From Candidatus Methanofastidiosia archaeon (lineage in GTDB: Archaea; Methanobacteriota_B; Thermococci; Methanofastidiosales; SZ-28-30): DNA of 35,285 bases. Every line of letters starts with the position of its first letter. Position 1 is the stretch's first letter. The notes below the pieces were generated by a model. The model saw only the letters and a list, made by a program, of their open reading frames with translations. It was not told the DNA's origin and searched no databases. Of the stretch, positions 32,501-35,285 are shown in pieces. Where the stretch lies: NCBI GenBank assembly GCA_046760205.1, contig JBHIDS010000002.1:1-35285 (forward strand). The letters run 5' to 3'. A program made the translations under genes and the position numbers.

Positions 32501-32944
32501 CCCAACCTGCAACCACTCAGGATGTTCGGTGAATACGCTTTTCTTTCCCTCGTCCACTTTTGAATCCATGTTCATGTCAACGTTGGGTGTTATTACTTCA
32601 AGGGGAGCCTGATATAAGATTATCCTCATGTCTTTGTAGTTTTCATGGATATGAGAGGATACCTTTCTTAGAAATTCCAGCTCTTTTTCAGAAGGAATCA
32701 GGTTCTCACTTTCAATCCAAGAGAGAATCACAGAAATCCCTTGTTCATGAGCTTTTTCAATGGCATCAAAGATCTCCTCATCATCTTCCTCAAACCAGAA
32801 GTCAGCATCTGCAATCCTTGCATACCTCAACCAGTCAGAATCGTAACTTGAAAGAATATCCTCAGAGTCCTGGTGCCAATGTAAGCCTCCAGACAAAAGA
32901 GCGAAAACCAAGATAAAAATCAACTTTTCACTCATGCCTCTCAT
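29558..32944 (-). CDS. Secreted 1128-aa multidomain glycoside-hydrolase-like protein: N-terminal TIM-barrel (GHL6-like) + GH42M-like domain + linker alpha/beta domain + C-terminal PgaB C-terminal-like (GHL13-like) TIM barrel
   Basis: The signal peptide is MSEKLIFILVFALLSGG. The N-terminal barrel includes GIDGIWIDVVMFQN. The mid domain FDALILPNVMCMSEEEISKIRSFVERGGKLLSTG resembles the beta-galactosidase trimerisation/GATase-like domain. The C-terminal VNTIFLRIFSYDSGVYFKTNLAPVERDLLSDVIHEAKKYDIRVYAWMTTL...IEGVMFQDDLYLTEYEDYS resembles the C-terminal domain of PgaB (VnaVyLQAFaDpdGdG..YFPN...R.DLF..v..ql..r..vkvYAWMPvL...GiLFHDDa.LsDyED). Assignment by eye only. Confidence 0.7.
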   Translation of the reverse strand: MRGMSEKLIFILVFALLSGGLHWHQDSEDILSSYDSDWLRYARIADADFWFEEDDEEIFDAIEKAHEQGISVILSWIESENLIPSEKELEFLRKVSSHIHENYKDMRIILYQAPLEVITPNVDMNMDSKVDEGKKSVFTEHPEWLQVGISGRYAVYWGSWAFWVGETDEDAWLCPNNHEVRELTLRGFRELAATGIDGIWIDVVMFQNTFGDWEEEWACHSKYSKELFKRETGLDIPEEIDWENEIWKKWVLWRQEKIQGFIDDLRKAARSVNPDIKIIVEHWHGFDVGSTKNAWSPIGLQGVTDVLAHEYHSATHNPEFYDSYNFLRDLAFLKFYHGVDKGHPTWILAYSQERESQKFLASLILEIGGNYYDTDYEDMAGSVDYSTRKEIFEWIRENQKYYYDTEELSNVALFYSKATMDFKDAQSFEEEGEFYREFLGISMMLLELHVPYEVLVELDGLSSFDALILPNVMCMSEEEISKIRSFVERGGKLLSTGKTFTCDEMGRKRATPLKETFGENAIFTKRLYGNEYFDSTKPYFWEYEEREDPSNLREEFSKLLENIEIQEFFLTDASSKIVILPFKYKNNLILKILNLEGISPGDVVPEKREIEIKFNTKLKSAKKIDFLSKATPLEIDENTVKLEVRDHTLLVLETEEEVQILSNSNDLSTAEMLSEFLEDNGVETKIVGMDQFDKTCERIVVLGGHESEDTGKISELLLTTEERNSLEKKGFGDIFFKRDSFRKNQKIVIVAGNEREDTRRVAQERRFEILRFFEKFPIKGVQIELEIFEEESVEDVISELSEIGVNTIFLRIFSYDSGVYFKTNLAPVERDLLSDVIHEAKKYDIRVYAWMTTLNMKWVLEEHPNWAVVGYDYERNRFEKNMSWWKRVSPFVPEHREYLKILFKDIAKYDIEGVMFQDDLYLTEYEDYSKFAKDAYEKEFEKELKPENMVVDGEYTEEFWNWSRWKAEELLKLTKEIMDEMHEINPNLKFVLDTFEDSISEPEEALAWFSQDVLLAREYGFSNIAVMSYHRDIAKWDELSLKEAIQKLKKITQKGIEMTDENFLIMKVQVQDFETGEPLSASEIDKAFQAIFEGGIKNFLYYPHINGLPKDVLKKYFNPKRLLTLNII

Positions 32945-32968
32945 CCTTTACTCTCATTATAAGATTTT

Positions 32969-34381
32969 CTATCCTTTCCTAATTCCAATCCAGTAGATTC
33001 CAATCTTGAAAATCTCGTCCACTTTGGGAAGTTTTTCTCTATCAAGGTACACAAAGATACAATCTTTGCAGTTTCTTCTCAAATCATCTATTGCCTTTGT
33101 AACCTCATTTTTTGAAACCTCAAACCACATTCCGTTGTCTGTTCTCCTTCCTGTGAGAACATATATCTTGTCACCTAGAAAGCCCTCATCCACATGGATA
33201 ATATCTTCTGGACTTGTGTTTGAGAGCAGAAACTTTGAAAGCTCTTCATCATCGAAATTGGGTTCAGGTTCATACATCAGAAGGAAACCACATCCATCGA
33301 GGGCTGTGATACTCGGAATTAACTCAGGACTTTTGCTCTTTGTAAGGTCTAGGGAAAAACTTGGAAATGGAACTATCAAGAGCAAGAGAAGAAAAACTAT
33401 TTTTTTCTTTGTAAAAACTTTGAAATACTTTTCAATGTAGATTGCAGCATATATTGAAAGAAATGGAGATACATGCCAAAAATATCTTCCACCATAAAAG
33501 ATAAAAAGGGGAATAAATGCCAAAAGCACCATCTTCAAGACAGTACAGTTTTTGGGTTTCTCTTTCAACCTCAATCCCTTTACCCAGAAAAAGAGGAGAA
33601 GTGGGTTGATTATCCAAATAAGCAGAAAGCCAATGATGAATCCCTCAAAACCAAATGAGATAAAACTCCTCATCCAATCCCTGAAAAGGATTAAGCGAAG
33701 AAACCAGGGAATGTAGAGGATGAATGAGAGCAAAGCCAATTTCAAAAAAAACTTAAAATAATTTCTGTGTTTCATAGAAATGAAACCAAGGCTCAAGAGG
33801 ATCAAGATTGGAAGGGATAGGTGGGTGTAGAGAGAGAGAACCATCAGCAAGAGCGTTGATTTGAATCTCTTTGATAAGAATGTTAGAAGAATCAAGGGAA
33901 ACAAGAGATTCACGAAAGAGGATGGAAGAAGAGCTATGAAGATTATAAGGTATGCCACGTCAATGGATAGAAGGAGAAGGGATAGAAAGGCAATCCTCTC
34001 GTCGAAGAGCAATCTTGCAAAATACCAAGCTGTCAGAAGGGCAAGAGGGTATAAAGTTGCCTGCAAAACCTTTGCTCCGAAAACAATGCTTTCTGGATTT
34101 GAAGAAAAGAAGGCAATTAAGAGATGATACAATGGAGGATAGAGGTGGGGCCTTCCAAAAGGCTGAAAATCCCAGGTGTTCCATAAAGGTATTCCTCCTT
34201 TTTCCAAGATGTTCTTAGAGATTGCCAAGTGATACCATGCATCAGGACCGAAGGGTTGGAATTTTTCAAGATTCAGGGTGAATATGATGAAAATCAGAAA
34301 AACAAAGCCTAAACTTATCTTGTCCAGGCTTTTCACCTTGAACCTCAAAGATCTGATTAAGGTTTCGCTTTCAGACGTCAC
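32969..34381 (-). CDS. Polytopic membrane protein, GT-C-type glycosyltransferase-like (ArnT/PMT-like, tentative) with a C-terminal soluble domain
   Basis: 470 aa with about 11 TM helices. The first extracytoplasmic loop PFGPDAWYHLAISKNILEKGGIPLWNTWDFQPFGRPHLYPPLYH resembles the acidic first loop of GT-C enzymes. A ~110-aa C-terminal soluble domain follows. The start is uncertain. The track start GTG 34381 has no SD, whereas GTG 34336 has GAGGT 5 nt upstream. Confidence 0.55.
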   Translation of the reverse strand: MTSESETLIRSLRFKVKSLDKISLGFVFLIFIIFTLNLEKFQPFGPDAWYHLAISKNILEKGGIPLWNTWDFQPFGRPHLYPPLYHLLIAFFSSNPESIVFGAKVLQATLYPLALLTAWYFARLLFDERIAFLSLLLLSIDVAYLIIFIALLPSSFVNLLFPLILLTFLSKRFKSTLLLMVLSLYTHLSLPILILLSLGFISMKHRNYFKFFLKLALLSFILYIPWFLRLILFRDWMRSFISFGFEGFIIGFLLIWIINPLLLFFWVKGLRLKEKPKNCTVLKMVLLAFIPLFIFYGGRYFWHVSPFLSIYAAIYIEKYFKVFTKKKIVFLLLLLIVPFPSFSLDLTKSKSPELIPSITALDGCGFLLMYEPEPNFDDEELSKFLLSNTSPEDIIHVDEGFLGDKIYVLTGRRTDNGMWFEVSKNEVTKAIDDLRRNCKDCIFVYLDREKLPKVDEIFKIGIYWIGIRKG

Positions 34382-34493
34382 AAAGAGATTTGCTTGAAGA
34401 ATTACTTAAGTCTTTTTGAAAATAAACCTAAGATTTATTTGGCAGCCCTCCGTCAAATACTAAGACCAAAAATCTATAATTTCCAAAAAAAAA

Positions 34494-34516
34494 TTTTCGA
34501 TAACTCAGTAAAAGGA
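34494..34516. repeat. 23-bp direct repeat, copy 1 (TTTTCGATAACTCAGTAAAAGGA)
   Basis: The 16-bp core TTTTCGATAACTCAGT is identical to 34621..34636. The 23-mers differ at 2 positions. The copies are spaced 127 bp apart in the 350-bp intergenic region. Confidence 0.7.
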
Positions 34517-34620
34517 AACCACCATTATTCATCAAGAGCATGAAATAAAAAATGATCCGAGGAATTTGTACTTTAACTTAAAGAATGGAGAATTCCAATT
34601 ACTATCAATTCTTTAATAAG

Positions 34621-34643
34621 TTTTCGATAACTCAGTGAAAGAA
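34621..34643. repeat. 23-bp direct repeat, copy 2 (TTTTCGATAACTCAGTGAAAGAA)
   Basis: See 34494..34516. Confidence 0.7.
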
Positions 34644-34732
34644 AATCGAAGATTCCTCAAAAAACGAAGTTTGCTCAAAAAGCTTTGCCTTTTGAAAATA
34701 TCTGAACTGAGCTTTTTACGAGAATGCAAGAT

Positions 34733-35047
34733 TTATCTCAAACTTATCAAACAAGTCAACCCTCTTCTTTCTCTTTTAATCATATTTCTTGCTTCAAGTT
34801 TCTTCAAAATTCTGCAAATCTTTGATTTGTGGTGCCCTGAAACATCCACGAGCTCTGACTGTAAAACCTCACCATTGTTGCAAATCATGTTAAATATTCT
34901 CTTTTCATCTTCTTCCAAACTCTCAATCAACTCTTGCCTCTTCTTAATCAGAAATCTATTTATTTCACTTTTATCAATTTCTATGGAAAGGTAGAATTTA
35001 TCTTCTTTAGAGACAATGTCAACTATTTTCAGAGGCATGGATTTCAT
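34733..35047 (-). CDS. Winged-helix (MarR/TrmB-like) DNA-binding protein
   Basis: EDEKRIFNMICNNGEVLQSELVDVSGHHKSKICRILKKLEARNMIKRERRGLTCLISL is a wHTH with recognition helix and wing. The track start TTG 35050 is immediately followed by ATG 35047 (MKSMPLK), which I use. Confidence 0.7.
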   Translation of the reverse strand: MKSMPLKIVDIVSKEDKFYLSIEIDKSEINRFLIKKRQELIESLEEDEKRIFNMICNNGEVLQSELVDVSGHHKSKICRILKKLEARNMIKRERRGLTCLISLR

Positions 35048-35285
35048 CAATACATTTATATTTAAGCTTTTTGGTCAAAAAAATTTGACTTTACAAAAGT
35101 AAAATTCAATATATATTGAATTTATTAATTCGCGAGCATTGACAAAGTGAGGACTACTAATAAATTTTTCACAAAATATTTTCTGACTTCTTAGAAGATA
35201 AGCTCTTAAAGATAGGCTTGGAACCAAAACACCTGCTTTGGGACATAATTCATGTATTCCACACATCAACAGCTGATATTTCCTC

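Noticed and set aside
34490-34545. C/D-box sRNA on the minus strand (TGATGA ... CTGA overlapping the first 23-bp repeat)
   Set aside because: Only about 21 nt separate the C-like and D-like boxes. There are no C'/D' boxes and no terminal stem. The second repeat copy has no C box.
34472-34681. Degenerate CRISPR array
   Set aside because: There are only two good repeat copies, their spacing is irregular (127 bp), the putative middle copy is poor, and there is no leader or cas gene in the window.
34635-34994. 119-aa plus-strand track ORF
   Set aside because: It is antisense to the winged-helix gene, and the peptide is Leu/Ser/Lys low complexity.
35075-35269. 64-aa minus-strand track ORF at the window end
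   Set aside because: It lies over the palindrome- and TATA-rich promoter region. It has no SD and an odd Cys/Phe-rich composition. A different minus-strand frame entering from beyond the window (…EEISAVDVWNT, stop near 35251) is too short to call.
1-35285. tRNA/rRNA genes, transposases, integrases, prophage or defence-system genes
   Set aside because: I saw no GC-rich structured ~75-nt islands in the AT-rich intergenic regions. No ORF has transposase, integrase, nuclease-helicase or cas-like motifs. Apart from the antitoxin remnant, the window looks like core chromosome.

Overview
This is a 35.3-kb, AT-rich, almost fully coding segment that looks archaeal. The evidence is BRE/TATA-like promoter boxes, a GGTGAT-type Shine-Dalgarno usually only 3-6 nt from the start, many TTG/GTG starts, ATGA/GTGA stop-start overlaps, a two-CXXC protein disulfide oxidoreductase and archaeosortase-like genes. 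A thermophilic peptide-fermenting euryarchaeon is my guess only.

Gene content:
- Two paralogous five-gene Opp/Dpp-type ABC importer operons lie on the minus strand (9457 down to 3708, and 22155 down to 16551). Each is followed by a translationally coupled, membrane-anchored beta-propeller gene.
- After the first operon comes an unusual cluster (3703 down to 549). It holds two glutaminyl-cyclase-like propeller paralogs sharing a 506-bp 100% identical tract, a 56-aa membrane sORF, and a stand-alone exosortase/archaeosortase-like protein. One propeller is fused to an archaeosortase-like domain that has Ser where the stand-alone paralog has Cys.
- A BlaI/BlaR1-like pair.
- A 695-aa transglutaminase-core membrane protein, followed by a second copy of the sORF family.
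- A DinB-family protein and a decayed RelB-like antitoxin remnant.
- NikR, divergent from a CbiM / PDGLE-protein / CbiQ / CbiO ECF metal importer. That operon continues without gaps into OsmC, CoA-binding, thioredoxin and PDO genes.
- An XRE regulator plus a small membrane protein, with 21-bp phased operator-like repeats.
- A minus-strand operon of a GT-C-like membrane protein, a 1128-aa double TIM-barrel glycoside-hydrolase-like protein (PgaB C-terminal-like), a ModE-like regulator and an unknown 8-TM protein.
- A winged-helix regulator.

I saw no rRNA, tRNA, CRISPR array, transposase or integrase.

The best candidate for something undescribed is the archaeosortase-like / glutaminyl-cyclase-like propeller / sORF module appended to the Opp operon, together with a PGF/PEF-CTERM-like tail on that operon's binding protein. 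All family assignments come from motif recognition by eye. No searches were run.
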